Origin: Candidatus Heimdallarchaeota archaeon
GTDB lineage: Archaea; Asgardarchaeota; Heimdallarchaeia; Heimdallarchaeales; Heimdallarchaeaceae
Assembly: GCA_021399345.1 (NCBI GenBank)
Contig: JAAFKI010000132.1
Location: 1-19,764 of the forward strand
Length of the DNA stretch: 19,764 nucleotides
Direction: 5' to 3'
The notes under the pieces: generated by a model
The model's input: only the letters and a program-made list of their open reading frames with translations
Told to the model about the DNA's origin: nothing
The model's database searches: none
Made by a program: the position numbers and the translations under genes
Part shown: in pieces, positions 1 through 8,376 of the stretch
How positions within the stretch are numbered: the first letter of the stretch is position 1
Layout: each line of letters begins with the position of its first letter

Positions 1-353
1 ATATAGTCCATGTTCAAGCGTTCGAGTGTTCCTTCAATAGCATTCAAGATATTTTTTCTACTTAAACCCCATCTGTTAACATCATAATCATTCATTGCCC
101 AGAAAACTTTGCTTGAAATAACTAGATCCTTTCTATTATAGGTTTCATCTGCAAAGAACTCAGCAATTACTTTCTCAGCACCGCCTTTGGCATAAATCTC
201 TGCAGAATCAATGAAATTAACACCATTATCTATTGCAGTTGCCATACATTTCTTAGCTATTTCGTTCTCCACAGAACCTCCGAAGGTTAACCAAGAACCT
301 AATGATAGTTCACTGACCTTCAGACCTGATTTACCTACCTTTCTATACTTCAA
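1..353 (-). CDS. Aldo/keto reductase (Kv-beta/Tas-like), 5' part; runs off the window start
   Basis: Hand translation from TTG at 353: MKYRKVGKSGLKVSELSLGSWLTFGGSVENEIAKKCMATAIDNGVNFIDSAEIYAKGGAEKVIAEFF...LVISSKVFW...GLSRKNILNAIEGTLERLNMDY. It contains the AKR FIDxAxxY and catalytic Lys motifs. A GGTGA SD lies just upstream. Not in the ORF track. Confidence 0.93.
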   Translation of the reverse strand, partial: MKYRKVGKSGLKVSELSLGSWLTFGGSVENEIAKKCMATAIDNGVNFIDSAEIYAKGGAEKVIAEFFADETYNRKDLVISSKVFWAMNDYDVNRWGLSRKNILNAIEGTLERLNMDY

Positions 354-565
354 TATTATCACCTATTAGATATATTTGATATTAGAATTAATAGAGATAA
401 TAAAAACAATTTGGAATTCCAATTTTTATTGCTTTCTTATTGTTTGATAAGAACCTTCAAAAGAAGTATTTGTTCAAATTCTTCGATAGACCTTAGAAAT
501 TGTTTATTATGGGCATGAAATAAACTCCTGAAATTCAGTTAGAATAGGTTTTTCAGCACATCGAT

Positions 566-580
566 AAAAGATTTTTATAA
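566..580 (+). promoter_or_regulatory. Archaeal BRE/TATA promoter (AAAAGATTTTTATAA) for a leaderless 601 ORF
   Basis: Purine run followed by TTTATAA about 25 bp before the ATG at 601. Confidence 0.55.
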
Positions 581-600
581 TTTACTCACTATGTTACCTA

Positions 601-1143
601 ATGAATAAAGAATATGTTCTTGGACTATTGCGGACAACTTTGAACAATTATGTGGTGGGCTGTCTTGCTGGATATTTTGTCACTCATACAGAACCGAATA
701 ATCTTATTGAAACTCTAGAAATGAGAAATCAAAAAGCTCCAGAATTTGCTGTAATGCTTGATCTTAAACCAATGAGAGAAATGTTAAATAATTCAGAAAA
801 AAGAAGCATATTACTATCTGAACAAATGAAATCTATTCTTAGAAGTTTCGTTAAGGACATGTTTGAAATTGTCAAACTTTATGCTAATGAAACTAATCAA
901 TTTAATAAAGTGAAGAAGGCTAATTGGTATAGTTTTGTTCGTGTAATTAGAAATTGCTTAGCTCATGATTTTAGATTGAGATTCAACGATTATGATAAAA
1001 AAACGCTTCCTGTCAAATGGCAAGATAAGGAAATTACTTTAACTATGAAAGACCAACCATTGAAAGTTCAAATCTTGAATGAAGCTATCGCACTTGAATT
1101 ATTCAAGGAAATATTTACTTTTGTAGAAACTGAATTGAGATAA
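601..1143 (+). CDS. Hypothetical protein, putative HEPN-superfamily RNase
   Basis: 180 aa ORF, helical-looking, with RNCLAH (RxxxxH) at 949..966. Confidence 0.6.
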   Translation: MNKEYVLGLLRTTLNNYVVGCLAGYFVTHTEPNNLIETLEMRNQKAPEFAVMLDLKPMREMLNNSEKRSILLSEQMKSILRSFVKDMFEIVKLYANETNQFNKVKKANWYSFVRVIRNCLAHDFRLRFNDYDKKTLPVKWQDKEITLTMKDQPLKVQILNEAIALELFKEIFTFVETELR

Positions 1144-1281
1144 TTTAATATCCAATGATTTATTTTCTCTTATTTTTGGAAAAACATAGCACTGATTTTT
1201 TTTCAAAACTAGTATAACAAGATTTATCTATTTATTTCATATTCCTATTTATTTAATTAAGAAATATGATGATGAATACCT

Positions 1282-2103
1282 ATGACTGGAAATGAAGCGG
1301 AAAACATCAATATCAATAAATTTGAGGAGGAAACCTTTCTTTTTCTAATTCAGAATGTACTTGTTGCATTAGAGGAATTAGAAGACTTAGACAATGACAA
1401 AGTTTTCCAAGTAATTTACAGTAAACAGGAATTCTCCCCAGAACAATTTCACAGGATTCTTAAAGTCATTGAGTTTTTCCAAGATAGTATATCACCCTTC
1501 CCTATCTTTAGTAGAAAAGAAAAAGAAGAAAACGGAATTAGAACCATTAAAATCAGATCTTCAGATGAAGAAGGTTTTTTACATACATGTTACCTCGAGT
1601 TTATCTTTATCATTGATAATGGATACACAATTATTCCCGAAACATGTGGTTGTAGAGGGGAGATTTTTGATTATCTTCTCCCATCAATTCTCTCTTCAGA
1701 TATTTCGAAGATTTGGTTATGTATTAGTTTACAAGAAAACACCCCAGATGAGTTCAAAGAAAGAGTTAATTCACTTCTTAAAATGTATGTCCAAAATAAC
1801 TTCATTGAAGCTTGGACACATATAGGTTTTATAGCTGAAACTCTAACAAAAGAAATTTATCTAAAATCTTATCCTGATAAGACTCTAACAGATGTCAATA
1901 ATATTAGATGGAATAGTCTTCTCAAAAAACTAGAAAATGATAATAATCTTCCAGATATTGAACAATACGCACTACTTCTAGATTCCCTTCGACCAATTAG
2001 AAATGATGTTACTCATAATGATTACAGACCAACATCTGAAGACACAGAATTTGGAATTTCATGTTTAAATAGGATATTCAAATTCTATAAAAAGAAATTT
2101 TGA
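1282..2103 (+). CDS. Hypothetical protein with C-terminal HEPN/DUF4145-like domain
   Basis: 273 aa ORF. The C-terminal helical region has AW...IAE..., then IRNDVTH (1999..2016), then YRPTSED, which matches HEPN domain layout. Confidence 0.65.
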   Translation: MTGNEAENININKFEEETFLFLIQNVLVALEELEDLDNDKVFQVIYSKQEFSPEQFHRILKVIEFFQDSISPFPIFSRKEKEENGIRTIKIRSSDEEGFLHTCYLEFIFIIDNGYTIIPETCGCRGEIFDYLLPSILSSDISKIWLCISLQENTPDEFKERVNSLLKMYVQNNFIEAWTHIGFIAETLTKEIYLKSYPDKTLTDVNNIRWNSLLKKLENDNNLPDIEQYALLLDSLRPIRNDVTHNDYRPTSEDTEFGISCLNRIFKFYKKKF

Positions 2104-2111
2104 CATATCCC

Positions 2112-2119
2112 TTTTTTTT
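2112..2119 (+). terminator. Oligo-T archaeal terminator candidate
   Basis: T8 run just after the stop at 2103, between convergent genes. Confidence 0.4.
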
Positions 2120-2129
2120 GATTTTTCCT

Positions 2130-3845
2130 TTATCTATCTTCTATCCAATAATCCAATGTTTTTTGATATTCATCTTTTGTTATTTTGTTCTTAGCAATTT
2201 CTTCATATTCACTTCGTGCGTATTCGTATAACTTCAGTAATTCATCTATTAGTTTTTTTTTCTTCTCTTTTTCCCGGACTTGCTTAAGAATACTCTGTGG
2301 ATTTAGAAAACAAATCTCTCTATTATTGCGGACCATGATATCTCTTTGACCAAATAAGCACCAAAACTCAAGTTTATTACAGAAATCAATGTAGTTCTTA
2401 ATATCATGTTCTATTCCTGAACTAAAAGCACTGATTTTGGCATCGATAATCAATACACTATTCTTAGTTAAACGAACCAAGAAATCTGGAATTCTACCAT
2501 TCGGTAGTTGGTCTTTTTTCTTTGACTTACTTGGATAAATGATTCTCAAGGCTTTTTCACACCATCTTTCCCATTTCAACCAAGCAATACCTTGATAACC
2601 CACATTAGGATTTAATCCACAGTCAATAACAAGATCAGTCCAAGAAGAGATTCCATATTCTTTCCAACCTCCACTAAAAATATGACTGTGAATGCCTCCT
2701 GGAACTTCTGACGAGTTTGGAGACCTTCCTATTTCTTTATACTTCCTTAGTACAAGTTTCTTAGCTTTTTCAAATCCTTCTTTTCCTTTCCATTTATCAT
2801 GATCAATATTTGGTTCAAATCCGCAGTAACCAAGTAAATCATTCCACGACTCTATACCAAAACCTCTCCAACCTCCACTAAATGCTCGATCCACTATTCC
2901 ATAGTGTACTTCATTTATAGTTGGAACTCTATTGCTTTTCTCGTGAAAATCATTTAGCTCTTTTACTGCTCTTTCTAGTCCTTCTTTTCCCTTCCATGTT
3001 CCTCTTTTAGTATCTGGTTTGAATCCACAATATCTTACAAAACCTGGCCAATCGTTGATTCCAAACTCTTTCCAAACACCTTTTGATATGGGTTTAAGTA
3101 TAGTAGAAATATGGTGTGCTGTTGGTCTTTTTCCAATTTCTTTAGCAATTTTGATGTATTTCTTTTTGGCTTTGTCTAATCCTTCTTTGCCTGTCCATGT
3201 ATACATCTTGGTCTTGGGTTTGAAACCACAATACCTTACAAATTCTTGCCATTCAGTTATTCCAAATTCTTGCCATACACCTCTTTTAATAGCTTTATCT
3301 ATACCTGAAACATGATGAGAGGTTGCTCTTTTTCCAATCTGTTTAGAAATCTCAATGTAATTCTGTTTAGCCTCTTCTAACCCTTCTTTTCCTTTCCACT
3401 TTCTGGGTTCACCTCTAGAATATTCAATCTGTAAATAATCAAGTAAATTAAACCATCCAATAATTCCGAGCTCTTTCCAGTATCTATGTTTTAGAGCTCC
3501 GTGGATACCTCCTGATACCTCAGTGAGTTTTGGTGTTCTTCCATGTTTATCTTTAAACTTGATAATCTCTTTTCTTGCTCTTTCCAATCCTTCCTTACCT
3601 TTCCATGTCCCTCTTTTGGTTTCAGGTTCGAATCCACAATACCTTACAAAATCTGGCCAATCATTGATTCCAAACTCTTTCCAAACACCTTTTGTTATAG
3701 GTCTGATTATACTAGAGATATGCTGTGTTGTCGGTCTTCTTCCAATCTGTTTAGCAATCTCAATGTATTTTTGTTTAGCATTCTCTAATCCTTCTTTACC
3801 TGTCCAATATCCCCTTGGTTTTCGTTTGTTATTCGAATTCAACAT
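2130..3845 (-). CDS. Tandem-repeat (homing-endonuclease-associated-repeat-like) protein with C-terminal PD-(D/E)XK nuclease domain
   Basis: Six repeats WxGKEG(L/F)exA...G(R/K)xP...W(K/Q/R)xxGIxxW...CG(F/L)xP. The C-terminus has WERWCE...NGRIPDFLV...IIDAKIS. A TTTAAAAA TATA lies at 3865..3872. Confidence 0.8.
   Translation of the reverse strand: MLNSNNKRKPRGYWTGKEGLENAKQKYIEIAKQIGRRPTTQHISSIIRPITKGVWKEFGINDWPDFVRYCGFEPETKRGTWKGKEGLERARKEIIKFKDKHGRTPKLTEVSGGIHGALKHRYWKELGIIGWFNLLDYLQIEYSRGEPRKWKGKEGLEEAKQNYIEISKQIGKRATSHHVSGIDKAIKRGVWQEFGITEWQEFVRYCGFKPKTKMYTWTGKEGLDKAKKKYIKIAKEIGKRPTAHHISTILKPISKGVWKEFGINDWPGFVRYCGFKPDTKRGTWKGKEGLERAVKELNDFHEKSNRVPTINEVHYGIVDRAFSGGWRGFGIESWNDLLGYCGFEPNIDHDKWKGKEGFEKAKKLVLRKYKEIGRSPNSSEVPGGIHSHIFSGGWKEYGISSWTDLVIDCGLNPNVGYQGIAWLKWERWCEKALRIIYPSKSKKKDQLPNGRIPDFLVRLTKNSVLIIDAKISAFSSGIEHDIKNYIDFCNKLEFWCLFGQRDIMVRNNREICFLNPQSILKQVREKEKKKKLIDELLKLYEYARSEYEEIAKNKITKDEYQKTLDYWIEDR
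2598..3815 (-). repeat. Six intragenic tandem repeats of 67/69/67/67/68/68 codons
   Basis: Aligned by eye (aa 11-416). A 31-bp block is identical at 3055..3085 and 3664..3694 (offset 609 bp = 203 codons). Confidence 0.95.
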
Positions 3846-3988
3846 AATACATGCAGATTTTCAATTTTTAAAGTTTGATAAATTATTTATGACTAATAGC
3901 ATATATTTTTGCTAAGTGCTGACATAAAAGTATGACCTCAAAATAAAATCAATCTCTATCACAGACAAAGAACTAGATGTAATAATCA

Positions 3989-4813
3989 TCATTTTTTATT
4001 GAAAAATTCTGATAATACTTTTCTCATTCTTTTCTCTACTTCTTCTCCAAAGAATTCTGCTTGTTTCCTCAAATATTCATCATCCGATTTCTGTTCCCAC
4101 TCCTCCTCATCTTCATCTATTCCTTCTTCAGATTCTTGTTCCATTTGCAGTTCTTTTTGAAATCTAATAGGTAACATGGTTGTATTTGGAAATTGATCTA
4201 TAATGTCAATGGTCTTTTCTTTGACAATAGAAGGACAATATTCCAATTCATAATTATACAGATTCTTAACTACCTCTTTTAGTTGTTCTTTGTCTAAAAT
4301 TGCACTTTCATTATTTTTAATTTTGATTACTTGAGAATCTATAAAACTCTTCAGACATGCTCTAAATCTGTAAGCAGAATCTCCTTTTTTTTCCTCACCC
4401 ATCTCCTCAAACCATTTTTTCAGACCCTTGATGCTCTCATTTTTCCCAATTTTTTCTTCCAATAGAATGTCAGTATAATTATAGGAATGAAGATTCATTC
4501 CTAAATCATGCATACATACCCCTTCACAGTCATCTCTATAATTGCAGAAAATAATACTACGTATTCTCCATCTTAGACTCTTAGGAATTTCCTTTCCATA
4601 GACCCATAATTTGGTTGACTTCCAACCACCTGTTAACTCATAGAGTTCTTCTAATTCTGGTGTGATAGCTTGAAAGATTACATACCAAAATCTGTCGTCC
4701 TCTTCATTATCACATTTTTCAATTATGCTATTTATATCAGGCATTGATGCACTTGAGCTTCTCCTATTTATTCTAATCATACACTTAGTTTCATCTAATT
4801 CTGAAATATTCAT
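3989..4813 (-). CDS. Hypothetical protein (Cys/His cluster, acidic C-terminal tract)
   Basis: 274 aa ORF with GAAGGAGG upstream of the ATG, CNYRDDCEGVCMH cluster and EEGIDEDEEE tract. Confidence 0.8.
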   Translation of the reverse strand: MNISELDETKCMIRINRRSSSASMPDINSIIEKCDNEEDDRFWYVIFQAITPELEELYELTGGWKSTKLWVYGKEIPKSLRWRIRSIIFCNYRDDCEGVCMHDLGMNLHSYNYTDILLEEKIGKNESIKGLKKWFEEMGEEKKGDSAYRFRACLKSFIDSQVIKIKNNESAILDKEQLKEVVKNLYNYELEYCPSIVKEKTIDIIDQFPNTTMLPIRFQKELQMEQESEEGIDEDEEEWEQKSDDEYLRKQAEFFGEEVEKRMRKVLSEFFNKK

Positions 4814-4830
4814 AAGATGTAACCTCCTTC

Positions 4831-4871
4831 AACATATTTATACCTTTTATCTATTTTTTGTTGTTTTTATA
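4831..4871. promoter_or_regulatory. Divergent promoter block (copy A)
   Basis: Minus strand AAAAGGTATAAATA (BRE+TATA) toward 4813. Plus strand TTTATA at 4866..4871, about 25 bp before ATG 4895. Similar to 16796..16850. Confidence 0.6.
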
Positions 4872-4894
4872 TTGAAACACCATTGTTACATAAC

Positions 4895-5116
4895 ATGAGT
4901 GAGTATTCTAATTACATGCTTGGTAAAGTTGATCTTGAGACAGAGAAAGCTTATCTAACTATCATTGAGAATTTCACAGATAAAGAAATCTGGGTACCTA
5001 AAGCTGTTGTAGGATCAGATAAGCGTATCAAAAAATGGTTCATAGAACAGAAAGAGAAGGAACTGAAGGGTTTCATGAGAAAGAAAAAACAATCTGATTT
5101 AGATCAATTCTTCTAA
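4895..5116 (+). CDS. Small hypothetical protein with ETEKAYL...IWVPK motif
   Basis: 73 aa from ATG 4895 (track starts at TTG 4883). TATA spacing favours 4895. A paralog lies at 16877..17048. Confidence 0.8.
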   Translation: MSEYSNYMLGKVDLETEKAYLTIIENFTDKEIWVPKAVVGSDKRIKKWFIEQKEKELKGFMRKKKQSDLDQFF

Positions 5117-5137
5117 AGTATATTTTTCAAAAAATGG

Positions 5138-5189
5138 TGAGACGGATGGAGTATGAACTGCTTATTTAATCACAGAAATTTCCGTCTCA
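5138..5189. other. Intergenic stem-loop (terminator or small RNA)
   Basis: Perfect 9-bp IR TGAGACGGA (5138..5146) / TCCGTCTCA (5181..5189) between convergent small genes. Confidence 0.55.
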
Positions 5190-5224
5190 TTATCATTATT
5201 GAAATTTTAGTATTTATACTTGAA

Positions 5225-5380
5225 TTATTTCTTATTCTCATCTTCTGATTCTCTTGAAGAATCATATGATGGATTGTTGGAATTCATTTGATTAGATCTA
5301 TTGTCCCTATCAGCTTTGTAAGCTGGATTGTTTGGATTTTTCGAATAAGATCTATTCGAACTCGATTTGCCTTTGGCCAT
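5225..5380 (-). CDS. 51 aa hydrophilic micro-protein with NPNNPAY / NRSNQMNSNNPSY internal repeat
   Basis: Hand translation MAKGKSSSNRSYSKNPNNPAYKADRDNRSNQMNSNNPSYDSSRESEDENKK*, with AAAGGAGG SD upstream. Below the ORF-track length cut-off. Confidence 0.8.
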   Translation of the reverse strand: MAKGKSSSNRSYSKNPNNPAYKADRDNRSNQMNSNNPSYDSSRESEDENKK

Positions 5381-5381
5381 C

Positions 5382-5447
5382 TGGGTTATACCTCCTTTAG
5401 ATTTTATTTTGTAAAAACAGTTTAGTTCTCAAAATCTGTATAACCCA
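5382..5447 (-). promoter_or_regulatory. Structured 5' leader with the SD bulged out of a stem
   Basis: 5382..5391 pairs with 5438..5447 (10 bp) and 5399..5405 pairs with 5431..5437 (7 bp). The intervening 5392..5398 is AAAGGAG on the minus strand. Confidence 0.55.
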
Positions 5448-5710
5448 TTATCGGTATTACAACTTTGTACCATGTATTTTAGCATCAGGGACATAGAGTA
5501 GTATACGATTCTACTTACCTATAAATTTTCCTCGACTGCTTCTACATAGAACAGAAGCACATTATAGTATATAATATTAACCAAAAACATGGAATACAAA
5601 ATTAACGATACAAGGATAATTGAAAAAACTCAACAAATTTACATGTTCTTGATGTGTTTTTATATTGTTTTTTAGTTGATTTTGTGAGATTAAAGTTTAG
5701 ATAGAACAAG

Positions 5711-8128
5711 ATGATAAACATGGATAGATTATTGGTATTTTTCTTAGTTATTACTATCTCAATCACTCTTTTGTTTTTTCTCTCATTTCCTTACATAAGA
5801 ATAAAAAACCATGAATTCTTCTTGCAAAGAAAGATCTTCTTCCCATTTTACAGATGCAGGATTTTTTTGCTTATTACTAACATAAACAATAACATCAAAC
5901 CAAACTCAGAGGAAATGGCAGAGATTCATGGTAGTTTTAGCACAATTATAGCTCTCAATGTTGAGAGGATCCAGTTAGTTATCTCTAAATATCAGTCAAA
6001 AACTAGTCTTTACATCTTTCTTACCAAAAATGGATTTTCTAAGAAGAAAATTTTCAACTATCTGGAAAAAGAATTGTTACTGGTAACGAATACTCTTTCT
6101 ACTAATTATGGAGGTCATGTGAATATCTTGAATTCAAAGCAATCCAGACTTCTTTTAAGGTTCTTAAAAAAGAAGAAAAACAAGGTTCCAATAGATTTCT
6201 CTTCTCTAGTAGATGCAGAAATAGATGTGATGGATATTTTGTACAGGACTATAGCAGTTGAAAGCTTTCCTGACATAAGTCTAGTAATGAGTGTTAAGAA
6301 AAAAGAAAGCACAAGTAATTATTTCACTGTGTATTTCTCAGCTCTTTCTGATAACTCCAAATCATTAAAGCGCTTTTTACATGCTACGAATACCTTCAAA
6401 AAGATGAAAACATCCTCAGCTCAAGATTCTGAACATGTTCATCTAGATGAATTACCAAAGTACTTTCACATTCCTTTAGATTACCAAGGAACTTCAACAA
6501 CTACTCAATCGAGAAGAAAACCTATCTTCCAACAAGATCAATCTCTTCTTCTTGGATATGAATATATTAACGAATTACTTGATGATGAAATCTCCATCAA
6601 CATTGGTGAGCTGCTCTACAATGTTGAAATCTACGGGATGATAGGTAGGGGGAAAACTAGCTTAGTTAGTAGTATCATAGAACATCTTATCCACAATAAT
6701 ATTCCTAGTTTAATATTTGATATCAAAGGAGAATATGCAACTACATTTACAACTGAATCAAATGTAGAGATTTTTACGATAGGTCCTCCCCACCCGATTT
6801 GTATCAATCTCTTTGATACCAGAGATGAAGATGATGTTAGAGGAACACTTCTGCTCATCGAAGAGATGATAGCTTCCTCTGATCAAAACTTTAGTCCTTC
6901 TATGAAGAATCTCTTTGAAACTGCTCTTTTTCTCACTCACAAAGAAGAAAAGAGAACGTTAGAAGTCTTTGCTGGGCATCTGATTACACTCGCAAAAAGA
7001 AACAAGCGAGTCACTACCATCCAGAATACCTTAGATGCGGTGTTAAACAGATTAAACTTCATCTTCAATCCCAGCAGTTTTGAGATATTAGGAGTCTCTC
7101 AAACAACTTTGAACTTCGATGTTATGGAACAAGGAAAGACCATTATTCTTGACCTTAGTCAATTCCAAAGAAGAGCAGCAAAACCGTCGGATATCTATCT
7201 AGTCTGCAACTTAATACTGAAATTATTCTACAAATTTGCATCATCTAAAGATCTAACTAACAAATTACGTTATGTTGTAGTTTTAGAAGAAGCAATCAAT
7301 ATCATCCCACACATTTATAGAACTCAGAGTTCAGCTTCTTTGATTACAGCTGAGAATAATATTTTATTGGGTAGGAGTTTAGGTATTGGTCATATCTTTT
7401 GTACTCAGATGTGGCATAGTGTGAGTAGAATAGTTCATGCTAACTCTTCCACCAAGATTGTTTTTCGTTCGTGTCAAGAGACGGAGAAGATAGCTAAAGC
7501 ACTCAATCTCCACGATTTTCATTTTGAGCGTCTCCAACAACTCCCTATTCGTCATTGTTTTGTTTGGAAGGATGGACAACATAAAGCTATAGAGATGGTT
7601 ACTAAGGATTTCAATAGAAAACCTCTCAATTACAATCACTATTTGTTATTTCTAAAAAGAAAATACTCCTATGCTGCTTATCCTCTTTTGTTCAACAGTT
7701 TCATTGATATGAGGACTTCCCTCTATGACAAACTAACTCAAAGGAAACATAATCATCAGAAGAAAGAACCAAAGAAAAAGAACATACAACAAACAGAAAG
7801 TAATAAACAGAATCCAAAGAATAGAAAGACTTCACCCAAAAAACAACCTTTTATTCAGGATGATGTCTGCAAAACTTTTTGCTCTTTAAGTAAAAACCAA
7901 GAAGAATGTTCCAAGATTAGAAAAGATGCTGAGATTGTGAGTTCTATTATGTTAAAAAGGTATTCAAAGTTTGAAATTGAACAGGCTATCCTTGGAGAAT
8001 TAGGGACCTCATTAGAAGATTTATTGAAACAGGTTTTAAAAGAGAAGAAACTAAACGAAGATGATAAAGTGGTTTATTGTGCTCAAAGAGAACTAACAAA
8101 TCAGCTGATGAAAATAAAACTAGCATGA
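5711..8128 (+). CDS. HerA/FtsK-superfamily (DUF87-type) P-loop ATPase with N-terminal membrane anchor
   Basis: Walker A GMIGRGKT, FDIKGEY motif, Walker B VVLEEA, GRSLGIG...TQ arginine-finger region, hydrophobic N-terminus and a C-terminal Cys cluster. Confidence 0.85.
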   Translation: MINMDRLLVFFLVITISITLLFFLSFPYIRIKNHEFFLQRKIFFPFYRCRIFLLITNINNNIKPNSEEMAEIHGSFSTIIALNVERIQLVISKYQSKTSLYIFLTKNGFSKKKIFNYLEKELLLVTNTLSTNYGGHVNILNSKQSRLLLRFLKKKKNKVPIDFSSLVDAEIDVMDILYRTIAVESFPDISLVMSVKKKESTSNYFTVYFSALSDNSKSLKRFLHATNTFKKMKTSSAQDSEHVHLDELPKYFHIPLDYQGTSTTTQSRRKPIFQQDQSLLLGYEYINELLDDEISINIGELLYNVEIYGMIGRGKTSLVSSIIEHLIHNNIPSLIFDIKGEYATTFTTESNVEIFTIGPPHPICINLFDTRDEDDVRGTLLLIEEMIASSDQNFSPSMKNLFETALFLTHKEEKRTLEVFAGHLITLAKRNKRVTTIQNTLDAVLNRLNFIFNPSSFEILGVSQTTLNFDVMEQGKTIILDLSQFQRRAAKPSDIYLVCNLILKLFYKFASSKDLTNKLRYVVVLEEAINIIPHIYRTQSSASLITAENNILLGRSLGIGHIFCTQMWHSVSRIVHANSSTKIVFRSCQETEKIAKALNLHDFHFERLQQLPIRHCFVWKDGQHKAIEMVTKDFNRKPLNYNHYLLFLKRKYSYAAYPLLFNSFIDMRTSLYDKLTQRKHNHQKKEPKKKNIQQTESNKQNPKNRKTSPKKQPFIQDDVCKTFCSLSKNQEECSKIRKDAEIVSSIMLKRYSKFEIEQAILGELGTSLEDLLKQVLKEKKLNEDDKVVYCAQRELTNQLMKIKLA

Positions 8129-8376
8129 ATGATGCTTAGATCTCAAAGAACTGATTATAGTTTTCCCTAAGATACTCTTTTACAAGATAACCACTTTGTA
8201 CACCTAGCTTATCATAGTTAAGAAAAGTTGGTAGGACAGAATAGGCAAGAAAAAATTCTCTCTTCGAATATAAATAAGTTTTGCAGAATATAAAAAGACG
8301 TGAAAATATATGTGTAATTCTAGTTTATAATTAGAGCTAAAATTTATATGAATTAACAATATCTAGATTAGTAATT

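Noticed and set aside
1582-1660. SWIM zinc finger (ETCGC) in the 1282 ORF
   Set aside because: The CxC is present but the downstream CxH is absent.
1469-1825. Alternative-frame ORF inside 1282..2103
   Set aside because: Fully nested, TTG start, no motif; treated as a shadow ORF.
2598-3815. CRISPR array or DGR template/variable pair
   Set aside because: The repeats are ~200-bp in-frame coding units with no spacers. Differences are not adenine-specific, and no reverse transcriptase or cas gene is present.
3019-3915. Plus-strand ORFs 3019..3315, 3523..3915 and 3543..3788 showing repeats
   Set aside because: Antisense shadows of the repeat-nuclease gene; their repeats mirror the minus-strand repeats.
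5138-5200. Eukaryote-like SECIS (ATGA-N11-AA on the minus strand)
   Set aside because: The 3' arm lacks the GA needed for the non-Watson-Crick quartet, and no adjacent Sec-type gene is evident.
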